Source of the DNA: an uncultured delta proteobacterium
Lineage (GTDB): Bacteria; Desulfobacterota; Binatia; Binatales; Binataceae
Reading direction: 5' to 3'
Assembly (NCBI GenBank): GCA_963744545.1
Contig: CAVUUH010000044.1
Span: 135,343-199,342, forward strand
Length of the DNA: 64,000 nt
Shown here piece after piece: positions 18,408 to 28,044 of this stretch. A program made the translations under genes and the position numbers. The notes beneath the pieces were generated by a model. That model worked only from the letters and a program-made list of their open reading frames with translations. It was not told where the DNA came from and did not search any database. Position 1 is the stretch's first letter, and every line of letters begins with the position of its first letter.

Positions 18408-18911
18408 CTACTTTCGGAACTTCGACAATGCCTCACCGCTCAGCTTGTAGTTGGGCTCGCCGAATTCTTCATCGACGCCGCCGGTCGGCCTGAACCCCAG
18501 GCTGACGTATAACGCTGCCGCATTGAGGTTAGTCCGAAAGCAAGTTAGTTGCACCGCTTCGCATCGAGGGTAGCGCGCGACGATCATTTTGAGCACCTCG
18601 ACCATTGCAGCGCGGCCGTAGCCTTTGCCCTGATGCTTTGCGTCGATCATGATGTCGTCGATCCAATAGTTTTCGGGACTGTTCGGATCGCAGACCGTGG
18701 TCACGTAGCCGACGACCTCGTCGCCGGCGCGGATCAGATGCGGCAGATGCTCGAACTCGTCGCCGAACAGCCGCACGTAGCATCGCGCGAGCGTCCATCG
18801 CGGTGGAGTGACGAATGTGATCTGCTCGTTCCGTAGCTGCATGTTGAACAACTTGCGGAAGTTGCTCCGATCGATCGGCTCGAGAACCACTTTCTGATCG
18901 GTCTTCTTCAT
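18408..18911 (-). CDS. GNAT-family N-acetyltransferase
   Basis: Acetyl-CoA binding motif QGKGYGRAAM. Confidence 0.85.
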   Translation of the reverse strand: MKKTDQKVVLEPIDRSNFRKLFNMQLRNEQITFVTPPRWTLARCYVRLFGDEFEHLPHLIRAGDEVVGYVTTVCDPNSPENYWIDDIMIDAKHQGKGYGRAAMVEVLKMIVARYPRCEAVQLTCFRTNLNAAALYVSLGFRPTGGVDEEFGEPNYKLSGEALSKFRK

Positions 18912-20518
18912 GACTGCACGTGCAGGAAAATATCGCGGGCGTGTTCGTCGCTGATGCGCTTGACCGACGTAATTCGATCCGCGAACTGCGCAAGCGACGA
19001 CGTCTCCGCCGATCCCACGTCGACCAATACCGCGAAGATCGAAAAATCCAGCTCGTCTTTGCGCTCACGCAGCCGCGCCAGCCATTCCGGACTTACCTGC
19101 GATTCGCCGTCGGTGATAATCACGATGTCGCCGCGCTTGAGTTTCTTTTCGCCGAGCAGTTCGACTGCGGCGTCGATCGGAGTCTCGAAGTCGGTGCCGC
19201 CGCCGGGGAAGTATTCGGCCATCTCGACCACCTTGTTCAGGTCGGGCGCGTAACGCCGCTCGCGATTCAAGTCGAGCACCTTGAGGCTCACTTCCCCCGA
19301 CGAAAACATGACGGCGCGGAACAGCCGGCGCTGGCGCCGCGCGATATCCATCAGTGTCAGCGCGACCGCCTTCGACCACATCTCCTTGTCGCCCTGCATC
19401 GAGGAGCTGACGTCGATACACACGACCATCGGGCCCTTGCCCTTCTGCTCGTCGTCGCGCAGCCGGTACTGGAGGACGGTGCCTTCGAGCACGCGGCGAT
19501 GGAAATCGCGCTTGAGCACGGGATGATGCATCGCGAGCAGCTCTGCCGGAATCAGGCGTCCGAGCTCGGAGCCGAGCTCGATGTCATAAGCCTCGGCGAC
19601 GCCGCGCTCGAGAGTTTTGCGCTTGAGCGCGCGCGCGTCCTGCTTAAACCGCCCGACCATCCGCGCCAGCTCGCCGAGTTTCTTGTTGCGCGCGAGGCGC
19701 CGTCCGAGCTCGAGCCGCGCGCCGGCTGCGACGCGTCCGCCCTGCCCGAATTCGCGGCTGAAGTCGTGACTGTCTTCGGCCGCTTGATCGATCTCGCTGG
19801 CCAGCTCGGCGGTCTTCAGCTGCATCCGCTTGAGCGCGGTTTGATCCGCGCCCTTCAGTTGAGTCTCGAATTGCCGCGACTTCTGATTGAGCCGCGCCTC
19901 TGAAACCTTGGCGGCACGTTCGGCCGCGTCGGCCATCTCGGCCAGCTCTTTTTTCGTCGCTTGATTCTTTTCTTCTTCGCCGGATTCGTTCTCGCCTTCT
20001 TGCGATTCCTGAATCTCGTTGACCGACTTCACCGCATCCGCCCGCGCTTCGAGATCCTGCTCTTGCCGCGCGAGGTCCCACAGGTCGAGCATCTCGCTGC
20101 GATTGATGAGCTTCTCGGATTTCACGAGTTCGAGCGCATGCTCGCTCATCACGATCGCGGCGATCGCGGCCTTGTCCTCTTCAAGGGCGGTGCGTGACCG
20201 TAGCGCCTGGAACGGAGCCGACGGTACGATTTGCTCGAGGATCGTTCGATTGAGCGCAGCCGCGAGGCGCACGTCGCCGGATTTGCGGAACACCGGGTTC
20301 ATCTTGAACAGCGCGAGAAAGAGATCCTGCACCAACGCGCCGAAATGAGGGACGAGCCGCTCGCCGGTTTCCGCAAGGTCGGCGAGCGACGGCGCATCGG
20401 CGACGATTTCGTTCCACGTTCGCCGATCGTAGCTGTCGCTCTCGAACCACGACGCATTGGCGGGCACGACGGGGACATACATGCGTCGCGGCTTGATGAT
20501 TTTGCTTTTGCGCGCCAC
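18908..20518 (-). CDS. VWA-domain protein with acidic coiled-coil linker (CobT/ViaA-like architecture), no adjacent AAA ATPase
   Basis: C-terminal MIDAS motif VVCIDVSSSMQGDK...ITDGES; central acidic stretch ESQEGENESGEEEKNQ; overlaps GNAT start by 4 nt. Confidence 0.7.
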   Translation of the reverse strand: MARKSKIIKPRRMYVPVVPANASWFESDSYDRRTWNEIVADAPSLADLAETGERLVPHFGALVQDLFLALFKMNPVFRKSGDVRLAAALNRTILEQIVPSAPFQALRSRTALEEDKAAIAAIVMSEHALELVKSEKLINRSEMLDLWDLARQEQDLEARADAVKSVNEIQESQEGENESGEEEKNQATKKELAEMADAAERAAKVSEARLNQKSRQFETQLKGADQTALKRMQLKTAELASEIDQAAEDSHDFSREFGQGGRVAAGARLELGRRLARNKKLGELARMVGRFKQDARALKRKTLERGVAEAYDIELGSELGRLIPAELLAMHHPVLKRDFHRRVLEGTVLQYRLRDDEQKGKGPMVVCIDVSSSMQGDKEMWSKAVALTLMDIARRQRRLFRAVMFSSGEVSLKVLDLNRERRYAPDLNKVVEMAEYFPGGGTDFETPIDAAVELLGEKKLKRGDIVIITDGESQVSPEWLARLRERKDELDFSIFAVLVDVGSAETSSLAQFADRITSVKRISDEHARDIFLHVQS

Positions 20519-20632
20519 GGTTCGATCCTACGTCACGGATTAGCGGCTCGCCATCGTTCAAATTAGCGCCATTGCGTTACGGTGTCTCTTGAATGTATCG
20601 CTGGATGCGTAACAGAATTGAAACAAGACGAG

Positions 20633-21679
20633 ATGACGCAGGAATCTTCAAGCCACCCGCTTTCCAACCGGCAACACGCGCTGGTTATCGCGGCGGTGCA
20701 GGAGTTCATCTCGACCGCCGAGCCCGTGGGCTCCGCGCAGATAGTCGCGCGCCATCAGCTCGGCGTGCGCTCTGCCATGGTCCGCAACATGATGGCGGAG
20801 CTCGAGGACGGCGGTTACCTGCGCCAGCCGCACACGTCAGCGGGCAGAGTCCCGACTGAAAAAGCGTTTCGCTACTACGTCGATCATCTCGCGGCGGCGA
20901 CGCGGATCGGTTTCGAGGATCGCGCGCAAATTGAACTTCACTATTCGAGTGCCGTGCGCAATCTCGGCGACGCCCTGCGCGACACCCCGAAGCTGCTCTC
21001 GCTGCTGACAGGACAGGCCGCGCTGGTGATGGCGCCGCGACTGGAGGCCTCGATCCTCGAGCGCGTGAACTTCGTGCGGCTGCGCGACAACCAGGTGCTC
21101 GCGGTATTCGTCGTGTCGAAGGGCTCGATCCAGAATCGCATCGTCGACACCGAGCGCGACCATTCGCAGGACGAGCTCGATCGCATGGCGCGCTACCTCA
21201 ACGAATCGCTCGAAGGACGCACGCTCGACGAGGCGCGCCGCTGGATCGAGACGCAACTGCGCGAAGAGCGCGCGAACTACGATCGCTTCATGCACGACGC
21301 GCTTGCACTCGGCGAGGCGATCTCCGATTACGTCGGACGTCCGGAGCTGTACGTCGAGGGCAGTTTGCAGGCGCTCGAGCAGCCGGAGTTTTCCGATCGC
21401 GACAAGATGCGCGAGTTGTTGCGCGCGCTCGACGACAAGACTGCACTGCTCGAATTGCTCGAGCGCAGCCTCACCAACGCCGGGCTGACAGTGTCGATCG
21501 GATCGGAGAACTACGACACGCGCCTCTCGTCGTTAAGCGTGGTGGCGGCATCGTACGCCAGCGGTTCGAGCGCGCTGGGCAGCCTCGCAATCGTCGGCCC
21601 GGTGCGGATGGACTATGACCGCGTGATACCGTTAGTCGAGTACACGGCGCGAGCCCTGTCGCGGCTGATGGAGTACTGA
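20633..21679 (+). CDS. hrcA: Heat-inducible transcription repressor HrcA
   Basis: Start refined to MTQESS; winged-helix region LSNRQHALVIAAVQEFISTAEPVGS and conserved C-terminal domain; followed by grpE-dnaK-dnaJ. Confidence 0.9.
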   Translation: MTQESSSHPLSNRQHALVIAAVQEFISTAEPVGSAQIVARHQLGVRSAMVRNMMAELEDGGYLRQPHTSAGRVPTEKAFRYYVDHLAAATRIGFEDRAQIELHYSSAVRNLGDALRDTPKLLSLLTGQAALVMAPRLEASILERVNFVRLRDNQVLAVFVVSKGSIQNRIVDTERDHSQDELDRMARYLNESLEGRTLDEARRWIETQLREERANYDRFMHDALALGEAISDYVGRPELYVEGSLQALEQPEFSDRDKMRELLRALDDKTALLELLERSLTNAGLTVSIGSENYDTRLSSLSVVAASYASGSSALGSLAIVGPVRMDYDRVIPLVEYTARALSRLMEY

Positions 21680-21692
21680 AGAACTTCATTGA

Positions 21693-21748
21693 AATGAAAC
21701 CCGCGGTGGGTTTCAAACTTCCTTCGGCAGGGGTAACCCCTGCACCTT
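21693..21748. repeat. REP-like double-hairpin element (family 2, copy 1) in hrcA-grpE spacer
   Basis: tgaaacccgcggtgggtttca + ggcaggggtaacccctgcacc; same core at 55882 and 63164. Confidence 0.7.
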
Positions 21749-21817
21749 AGTATTTCTGCCTGCACTGGCGCGACTTTGAATCGTGCTTAGGTTTATGGTC
21801 TGTCGGGTTTTTTTAAA

Positions 21818-22441
21818 ATGACCAAGCGGCACAAGCATCCTGAGGACGGGAATCCCGGTATGGATGGAGAGCTCGATCCGGCGAACGCCGGCTCCGAATC
21901 AGATCGTGGCGAGGTGGAATCCCTGCGGGCGCAGCTCGCCGAGAAGGACAAGGAAATCGCCGAGCTGAAGGACAAGTATCTGCGCACGCTCGCCGACTCC
22001 GAGAATGCGCGCAAGCGAATCCGCCAGCAGGCCGACGACTCGGTGCGCATCCAGCGCGAGGCGATTCTGCGCGACCTGCTGCCGATTATCGACAACCTCG
22101 AGCGCGCACTGGCGGCTGCTCGCAGTGGCACCGATGCCAAGACGGTCGTCGATGGAGTCGAGATGACAGTGCGAGCTCTGCACGACTTCCTGCGCGCTCA
22201 GGGCGTGACGCCGGTGCAATCGGTTGGCCAGCCTTTCGATCCTAATCGGCATGAAGCCGTCGATCACGTGGCGTCCGAGGCGCATCCGCCGAATACGGTC
22301 GTCGACGAATTCCATCGCGGGTATCTGATCGGCGAACGGGTGCTGCGGCCGGCGCGGGTTTCGGTTGCGAAGGGAAATGGACCCGACTCCGGAAAGCGAA
22401 ACGGAAGCGAAAACGATACTTCCGACGTTGAAAATAGCTAA
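21818..22441 (+). CDS. grpE: Nucleotide exchange factor GrpE
   Basis: Coiled-coil N-terminus and motif RTLADSENARKRIRQQ; conserved C-terminal beta domain. Confidence 0.9.
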   Translation: MTKRHKHPEDGNPGMDGELDPANAGSESDRGEVESLRAQLAEKDKEIAELKDKYLRTLADSENARKRIRQQADDSVRIQREAILRDLLPIIDNLERALAAARSGTDAKTVVDGVEMTVRALHDFLRAQGVTPVQSVGQPFDPNRHEAVDHVASEAHPPNTVVDEFHRGYLIGERVLRPARVSVAKGNGPDSGKRNGSENDTSDVENS

Positions 22442-22490
22442 ACCGTGATTATTTCTATCTTAAGTTTTATATCAGGGGACCTGTAGGAAC

Positions 22491-24434
22491 ATGGCAAAAG
22501 TTATAGGTATCGACTTGGGCACGACGAATAGTTGCGTCGCCATCATGGAAGGCGGCGATCCCGTCGTTATCGCTAACTCCGAAGGCAGCCGCACCACCCC
22601 GTCGGTTGTTGCATTTACAGAATCGGGAGAGCGGCTGGTTGGCACAATTGCCAAGCGCCAGGCGATCACCAATCCGACCAATACGATATTTGCAATCAAA
22701 CGCCTGATGGGCCGGCGGTTCGACGATCCCGAAGTTCAGAAGGCGATGAAGGTGCTGCCGTACAAGATCGTGAAGAACGATGATGGTGCGGCATGGGTCG
22801 AAGTCCGCGGAAAGAAATATAGTCCGCCGGAGATTTCGGCGTTCATCCTCCAGAAAATGAAGCAGACGGCCGAGGACTACCTTGGTGAGAAAGTCACCGA
22901 GGCCGTAATCACCGTGCCCGCGTATTTCAATGACAGCCAGCGTCAGGCGACCAAGGATGCTGGCCGTATCGCGGGACTGAGCGTGCTGCGAATAATCAAC
23001 GAGCCGACCGCGGCGTCGTTGGCCTACGGTCTCGATAAGAAGAAGGACGAAAAGATCGCCGTGTTCGATCTCGGCGGCGGCACGTTCGATATTTCAATTC
23101 TCGAGCTGGGCGAAGGCGTGTTCGAGGTCAAAGCGACCAACGGCGACACCTTCCTCGGCGGCGAAGATTTCGATCAGCGCATCATGGACTACCTGGCCGA
23201 CGAATTCCGCAAGGACCAGGGAATCGATCTGCGCAAAGATCGGATGGCGCTGCAGCGGCTGAAGGAAGCCGCCGAGAAGGCCAAGACCGAGCTGTCGACC
23301 GTGACCGAGACAGATATCAATCTGCCCTTCGTGACCGCGGATCAGTCCGGGCCCAAGCATCTCAACATGAAGCTGACGCGCGCGAAGCTCGAGGCGTTGT
23401 GCTCCGACCTGCTCGACAGGCTCGAGCCGCCATGCGTGACCGCGATGCGCGATGCAAGCCTCAAGGCGAGCGAGATCAACGAGATCGTGCTCGTCGGCGG
23501 CATGACCCGCATGCCCGCGGTGCAGGAGCGCGTGAAGCGTCTGTTCGGCAAGGAAGGGCATAAGGGCGTCAACCCGGACGAGGTAGTCGCGATCGGTGCC
23601 GCAATCCAGGCGGGCGTGCTGAAAGGCGAAGTCAAAGACGTTCTGCTGCTGGACGTGACTCCGCTGTCGCTCGGAATCGAAACGCTCGGCGGCGTGTTCA
23701 CCAAGCTGATCGAGAAGAACACGACGATTCCGACGCGCAAGAGCCAGGTCTTCTCGACCGCGCAGGACAATCAGACGGCCGTGACGATTCGCGTCTTCCA
23801 GGGCGAGCGCGAGATGGCGTCGGACAACAAGCTGCTCGGCCAGTTCGACTTGATCGGAATTCCGCCGGCTCCGCGCGGGATGCCGCAGGTCGAGGTCACA
23901 TTCGACATCGACGCGAACGGAATCGTTAACGTGCATGCGAAAGACCTTGGCACCAACAAGGAGCAGTCGATCAAGATTACCGCGTCGTCGGGACTCAACG
24001 AGGAAGAGATCAAGAAGATGGTGCGCGAGGCCGAGGCGCATGCCGCCGACGATCATGCTCGCCGTCAGCAGGCGGAAGCGCGCAACAAGCTCGACAACCT
24101 GATCTACACGACCGAGAAGACGCTCAAGGATCACGGCGCCGAGATTGATGAGGCCGGACGCAAGCAGGTCGAGGACGCGCTCGCGGAGGCCCGGACCAAG
24201 CTTGAATCCAAGGACGCCGACGAGATCAATCGCGCGGCCGAGGCGCTGCAGAATGCGTCGCACAAGCTGGCCGAGGCGATGTACAGCAAGACCAAGGCAG
24301 GTGCGGGACCGCAAGCCGGCGCGGGTCCACAGGATGGCGCCAGCGGGCAGAGTGGTTCGCAGAGCGGGAACGGCGAAGGCGGCGCGAAAGAAGACGTGGT
24401 TGATGCCGATTACAAAGAAGTCAAAGATCAATAA
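22491..24434 (+). CDS. dnaK: Molecular chaperone DnaK (Hsp70)
   Basis: [36 protein letters not shown] signatures. Confidence 0.97.
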   Translation: MAKVIGIDLGTTNSCVAIMEGGDPVVIANSEGSRTTPSVVAFTESGERLVGTIAKRQAITNPTNTIFAIKRLMGRRFDDPEVQKAMKVLPYKIVKNDDGAAWVEVRGKKYSPPEISAFILQKMKQTAEDYLGEKVTEAVITVPAYFNDSQRQATKDAGRIAGLSVLRIINEPTAASLAYGLDKKKDEKIAVFDLGGGTFDISILELGEGVFEVKATNGDTFLGGEDFDQRIMDYLADEFRKDQGIDLRKDRMALQRLKEAAEKAKTELSTVTETDINLPFVTADQSGPKHLNMKLTRAKLEALCSDLLDRLEPPCVTAMRDASLKASEINEIVLVGGMTRMPAVQERVKRLFGKEGHKGVNPDEVVAIGAAIQAGVLKGEVKDVLLLDVTPLSLGIETLGGVFTKLIEKNTTIPTRKSQVFSTAQDNQTAVTIRVFQGEREMASDNKLLGQFDLIGIPPAPRGMPQVEVTFDIDANGIVNVHAKDLGTNKEQSIKITASSGLNEEEIKKMVREAEAHAADDHARRQQAEARNKLDNLIYTTEKTLKDHGAEIDEAGRKQVEDALAEARTKLESKDADEINRAAEALQNASHKLAEAMYSKTKAGAGPQAGAGPQDGASGQSGSQSGNGEGGAKEDVVDADYKEVKDQ

Positions 24435-24442
24435 CGACAGAT

Positions 24443-24470
24443 GGGGCCGTGCAAGCGGCCCCGTTAATCT
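24443..24470 (+). terminator. Putative intrinsic terminator/attenuator between dnaK and dnaJ
   Basis: ggggccgtgcaagcggcccc stem-loop followed by gttaatct. Confidence 0.35.
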
Positions 24471-24519
24471 ACGCTTCACAATGGCGTCGGCGGCGCGGTT
24501 CGCATAGAATCTCTGCGCG

Positions 24520-25656
24520 ATGCCGTCAGCACAAAAACGCGATTACTACGAAGTCCTCGGTGTCAATCGCGGCGCCGGCGAAGCCGAACTGAAGAAAGCC
24601 TACCGCACTCTAGCGATTCAGTTTCACCCCGATCGCAATCCCGGCAACAAGGATTCTGAAGAGCGCTTCAAGGAACTCAACGAGGCGTACCAGGTTCTTT
24701 CCGATCCTGAGCGGCGCGCGCAGTATGACCGTTTTGGTCACGCGGCGTTCCAGGGACCGCAGGGCGGTCCGGGAGGTTTCGGCGGCTTCGACTTCAGCCA
24801 GGGCTTCGAAGAAGTTTTCTCGGACATTTTTGGCGATTTCTTCGGCACCGGCCGTGGACGCTCACGTTCGCGCACGCGGCGCGGCGACGATCTGCGCTAC
24901 GATCTCGAAATTGAATTTGAAGACGCAGCGCGCGGAATCGAGAAAGTCGTAAAGTTCCAGCGCCTCACCCAATGCGAGGCTTGCAACGGCACGCGCGCTC
25001 GCGGCGGATCCAGCGGCGCACGACAATGCCCCAACTGTCGCGGCAGCGGCCAGGTGCGCACGCAGCAGGGATTCTTTTCGATTTCGACGACCTGCGGACA
25101 GTGCCGCGGCGAAGGCATGATCATTTCCGACCCGTGTCCCAAGTGCCAGGGGCAGGGACGAATCCGCAAAGCCGAATCGCTCGCCGTGAAAATTCCGCCG
25201 GGCGTCGACAACGGATCGCGCCTGAAGCTGCGCGGCGAGGGCGAGGCCGGCTACGGCGGCGGACCGCAAGGCGATCTCTACGTCGTCATCCACGTCAAAG
25301 AGCATGAGATGTTCGTGCGCCAGGACAACGACGTGATAATCGAGGCGCCGATCAGTTTCCCGCAAGCGGCAGTCGGCACCGAGATAGAAGTGCCGACGCT
25401 CGACGGCAAAGTGAAACTCAAGATTCCGCCCGCCACGCAATCGGGAAAAATCCTGCGCCTCAAGGGCAAGGGCATCGTCGATCTTCACGGCTACGGACGC
25501 GGCGATCAGCTCATCAAGATAATCGTCGAGACCCCGCGCAGCCTGACCGCGCGCCAGCGCGAACTGCTCGAAGAATTCGCCAAGCTCGACGGCAAAGCCG
25601 TCAACCATCCACTCTCCAAGGGCTTCGTGGACAAGCTCAAGGAGATGTTCGGCTAG
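24520..25656 (+). CDS. dnaJ: Chaperone DnaJ
   Basis: J domain HPD (IQFHPDRNP), G/F-rich linker, four CxxCxGxG zinc-finger repeats. Confidence 0.95.
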   Translation: MPSAQKRDYYEVLGVNRGAGEAELKKAYRTLAIQFHPDRNPGNKDSEERFKELNEAYQVLSDPERRAQYDRFGHAAFQGPQGGPGGFGGFDFSQGFEEVFSDIFGDFFGTGRGRSRSRTRRGDDLRYDLEIEFEDAARGIEKVVKFQRLTQCEACNGTRARGGSSGARQCPNCRGSGQVRTQQGFFSISTTCGQCRGEGMIISDPCPKCQGQGRIRKAESLAVKIPPGVDNGSRLKLRGEGEAGYGGGPQGDLYVVIHVKEHEMFVRQDNDVIIEAPISFPQAAVGTEIEVPTLDGKVKLKIPPATQSGKILRLKGKGIVDLHGYGRGDQLIKIIVETPRSLTARQRELLEEFAKLDGKAVNHPLSKGFVDKLKEMFG

Positions 25657-27968
25657 CCCGACTCTTCGATGCGTGAAGCGTGTGGTGGGGGGCTGGGAAT
25701 ATCCGCGAGATACCGATTCAGCTCAGAGAATAGAAACTCAAGACGTCGCATCGACTGAAGTTCTGCCATCATCGTGCGGCGCGGCTCGAGCGGCCATGAT
25801 TCCAATCGGGCAAACCCCTGCTCCTCCAAGTGTGAACTGAACTCGTTAAGCAGTTCCGCCAGCTCACCGGCTGGGTGTTTCTCCGCGATCGCACGAGCAG
25901 CGGAAGCGCTGGACCATTCAGCGCTATTGAAGAAATCAAGCCACGAGCTGAGCTGCCCACGAATCGTGTTGAAGACTCGCTCACGCGCAAATTCCGTGAC
26001 GGGGTCGAGTTGCGGCATTTGCGTGACGACTCGCGCTGTCGCGATATAGGACAGCCGGTTCGCAATCCGGCGGAGAGTCCCGGCCGCTTCGACGATCCCA
26101 TCGTGGTAGACGGCGCAGGTGCGTCCTTCCATCCGCGCGTCCTCGGCGATCTCGAGGAACTCGGTCAGCACGCGCATCGTTTCCGAGTTCGTCTTCAGGA
26201 TTTGATCCTCGCTGCTCGAAGCTGAGCCGCCTGGCGCTAGCGCGAGCATATTGGCAAGGACTCTGCGTAGTCTCGGCAACAAAGAATCGCCGGCGTATTC
26301 CGGCCACAGGGTGAAGAAGACGATCGCCACGACAAAGGCACCGAGCAGGGCGCCCCAAATGCGCCAGAGAGGCTGGTAGATATCGACCGAGGGACTCAAC
26401 CCTATGAACACCAATGAAAAAATGAACCCCATTTGCTTGCCCGCGTAGGAAATCCTTGAATTGCCGAGCGACGAGTATGCGAACAGATAGAAAACCGCGA
26501 AGGCCGCCAGCAGGTAGGCTGGAAGGGTGTCGAAGTTAGGCGAAACTATAATGATAGCGAGAAGGGAAACCGCTCCGCCGATAACAAATCCGGCAATTCG
26601 GAGGTACATCTTGTGCAAGGTTGCGCCATAGGTGGGAGTCCCAACGGTTATTACGGTCACCAGGATAGTGAATAACTCCGGACGCTGGGCAATGAGACCG
26701 ATTGTATAACCGACCACGGTGCACAAGCCGACTTTCAAGCAATAGCGTACCACCGCGGGATCTGCAGGAGTGGCCGATCGAGGGACGGCACTCTTCCGAG
26801 GGACAGGACTGTTCGACGAATCGATGGTCTGCATCGGAGGTTCATCAAGCGGGCGCTCGATGTGCCGGGTCACAGCAGCCAATGAATCGATGAGTTCCGC
26901 GAAATTCTCTACTTCCGCCGGACTGGCTTTGCCGATGTATGCTGGTCTGATCTCAATGACGCGCGCAGCCAGATTGTCCATTGCCAACCGCAGATGCGTC
27001 CGCGTAGCGGGAGTCTGTTCCTCCGCGCCTGCAACAATGCGCGCCGGTAGGTTGTGCGAGATCTCGTCGAGTGCGGCGGCGATCGCATTTACCGCGCTTT
27101 GAGTTTCGTCCGGGACCATCGTGCGAATTACTCGAGGCAGGTTCTCGCGCGCAGTAGTGATTAGGCGATCCATTTCGAGATCGATGCGAGCCGCGCGCGT
27201 GATCGCAGCCAGCAGGATCGCCCGGCGATGCTCGGACGCGCCCTCGGCCACCGCTCGCTCAAGCAGCGCCATATGTGCGGGCAGGTCGGAATCCGCTGCC
27301 GGCAAATGCGGTCGAAGTACGCTTTGGCCAGCGAGAAAAAAGTTGTTAGCCTCGAGCAGTTGTGAACGGGCACGCGCAGCGCTCGCTCCGAGGAAGCCTA
27401 TGAGGATCGGCTCGCCCGGATTCGGCCACAACCAGTTGTCGAACAGAACGATCACGCCAAAAGCAATCGCGCTAGCGTCAAACGAGGCGGCCGCGTTCCA
27501 ACCGATTTCCTGAGGTCCAAACACGACGTCGTAGAATGTAATGAGGCATACTATCTGGATAAGGATCAGGCCCGAGCCAAGCTTGCGCGTCGCTCCCACG
27601 TAGGTTGAAAAGGAAATCCAGGCGAAGACAAATGGGAGCATCAACCACGGCGTCTCCGCGAAGGCGCGCGCCATTATCACCGATGTGATCAAGGCGAGCA
27701 TCACGGCGATTTGCCACGCGACGGCCTTGCGCATGGACATCATTGGTCCAGCGCCGGCCAGGAGCCAGACAATTACCGCGTCCAACCTACTGTTGACGTG
27801 ACAGCTCGTGTCCAGTCCAATTGCGATTGTCACAATTGTGGAGATACGTAAGGCGGTGCGGAACTTGTGGGCGCTCGGAGCAAGTTCTTGCGCGACCAGC
27901 GCTTCGAGTCGATCCAACCATGCAAATGGCCGTTGGATGGAGAACCGTTGCTCTATGAATCCTGCCAC
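25653..27968 (-). CDS. FUSC-family membrane protein (aromatic-acid exporter / YccS-YhfK-like, duplicated 6-TM halves)
   Basis: 771 aa with two hydrophobic blocks separated by long soluble regions, typical of FUSC/AaeB architecture. Confidence 0.65.
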   Translation of the reverse strand: MAGFIEQRFSIQRPFAWLDRLEALVAQELAPSAHKFRTALRISTIVTIAIGLDTSCHVNSRLDAVIVWLLAGAGPMMSMRKAVAWQIAVMLALITSVIMARAFAETPWLMLPFVFAWISFSTYVGATRKLGSGLILIQIVCLITFYDVVFGPQEIGWNAAASFDASAIAFGVIVLFDNWLWPNPGEPILIGFLGASAARARSQLLEANNFFLAGQSVLRPHLPAADSDLPAHMALLERAVAEGASEHRRAILLAAITRAARIDLEMDRLITTARENLPRVIRTMVPDETQSAVNAIAAALDEISHNLPARIVAGAEEQTPATRTHLRLAMDNLAARVIEIRPAYIGKASPAEVENFAELIDSLAAVTRHIERPLDEPPMQTIDSSNSPVPRKSAVPRSATPADPAVVRYCLKVGLCTVVGYTIGLIAQRPELFTILVTVITVGTPTYGATLHKMYLRIAGFVIGGAVSLLAIIIVSPNFDTLPAYLLAAFAVFYLFAYSSLGNSRISYAGKQMGFIFSLVFIGLSPSVDIYQPLWRIWGALLGAFVVAIVFFTLWPEYAGDSLLPRLRRVLANMLALAPGGSASSSEDQILKTNSETMRVLTEFLEIAEDARMEGRTCAVYHDGIVEAAGTLRRIANRLSYIATARVVTQMPQLDPVTEFARERVFNTIRGQLSSWLDFFNSAEWSSASAARAIAEKHPAGELAELLNEFSSHLEEQGFARLESWPLEPRRTMMAELQSMRRLEFLFSELNRYLADIPSPPPHASRIEESG

Positions 27969-28044
27969 GCGGTTCGCTCAGCGATCGGATTTGAGATCAT
28001 GTGGGCGCGTGAGCCGCGTCGGCCAGGTTTCGCAGGATGACCAA

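Noticed and set aside
18920-19903. 327-aa plus-strand ORF
   Set aside because: Antisense shadow of the VWA-domain gene.
20520-22500. Search for CIRCE (TTAGCACTC-N9-GAGTGCTAA) in the heat-shock operon
   Set aside because: No match or near-match found by eye; reported as an absence, not a feature.
23094-24479. 461-aa minus-strand ORF
   Set aside because: Antisense to dnaK.
24862-25608. 248-aa minus-strand ORF
   Set aside because: Antisense to dnaJ.
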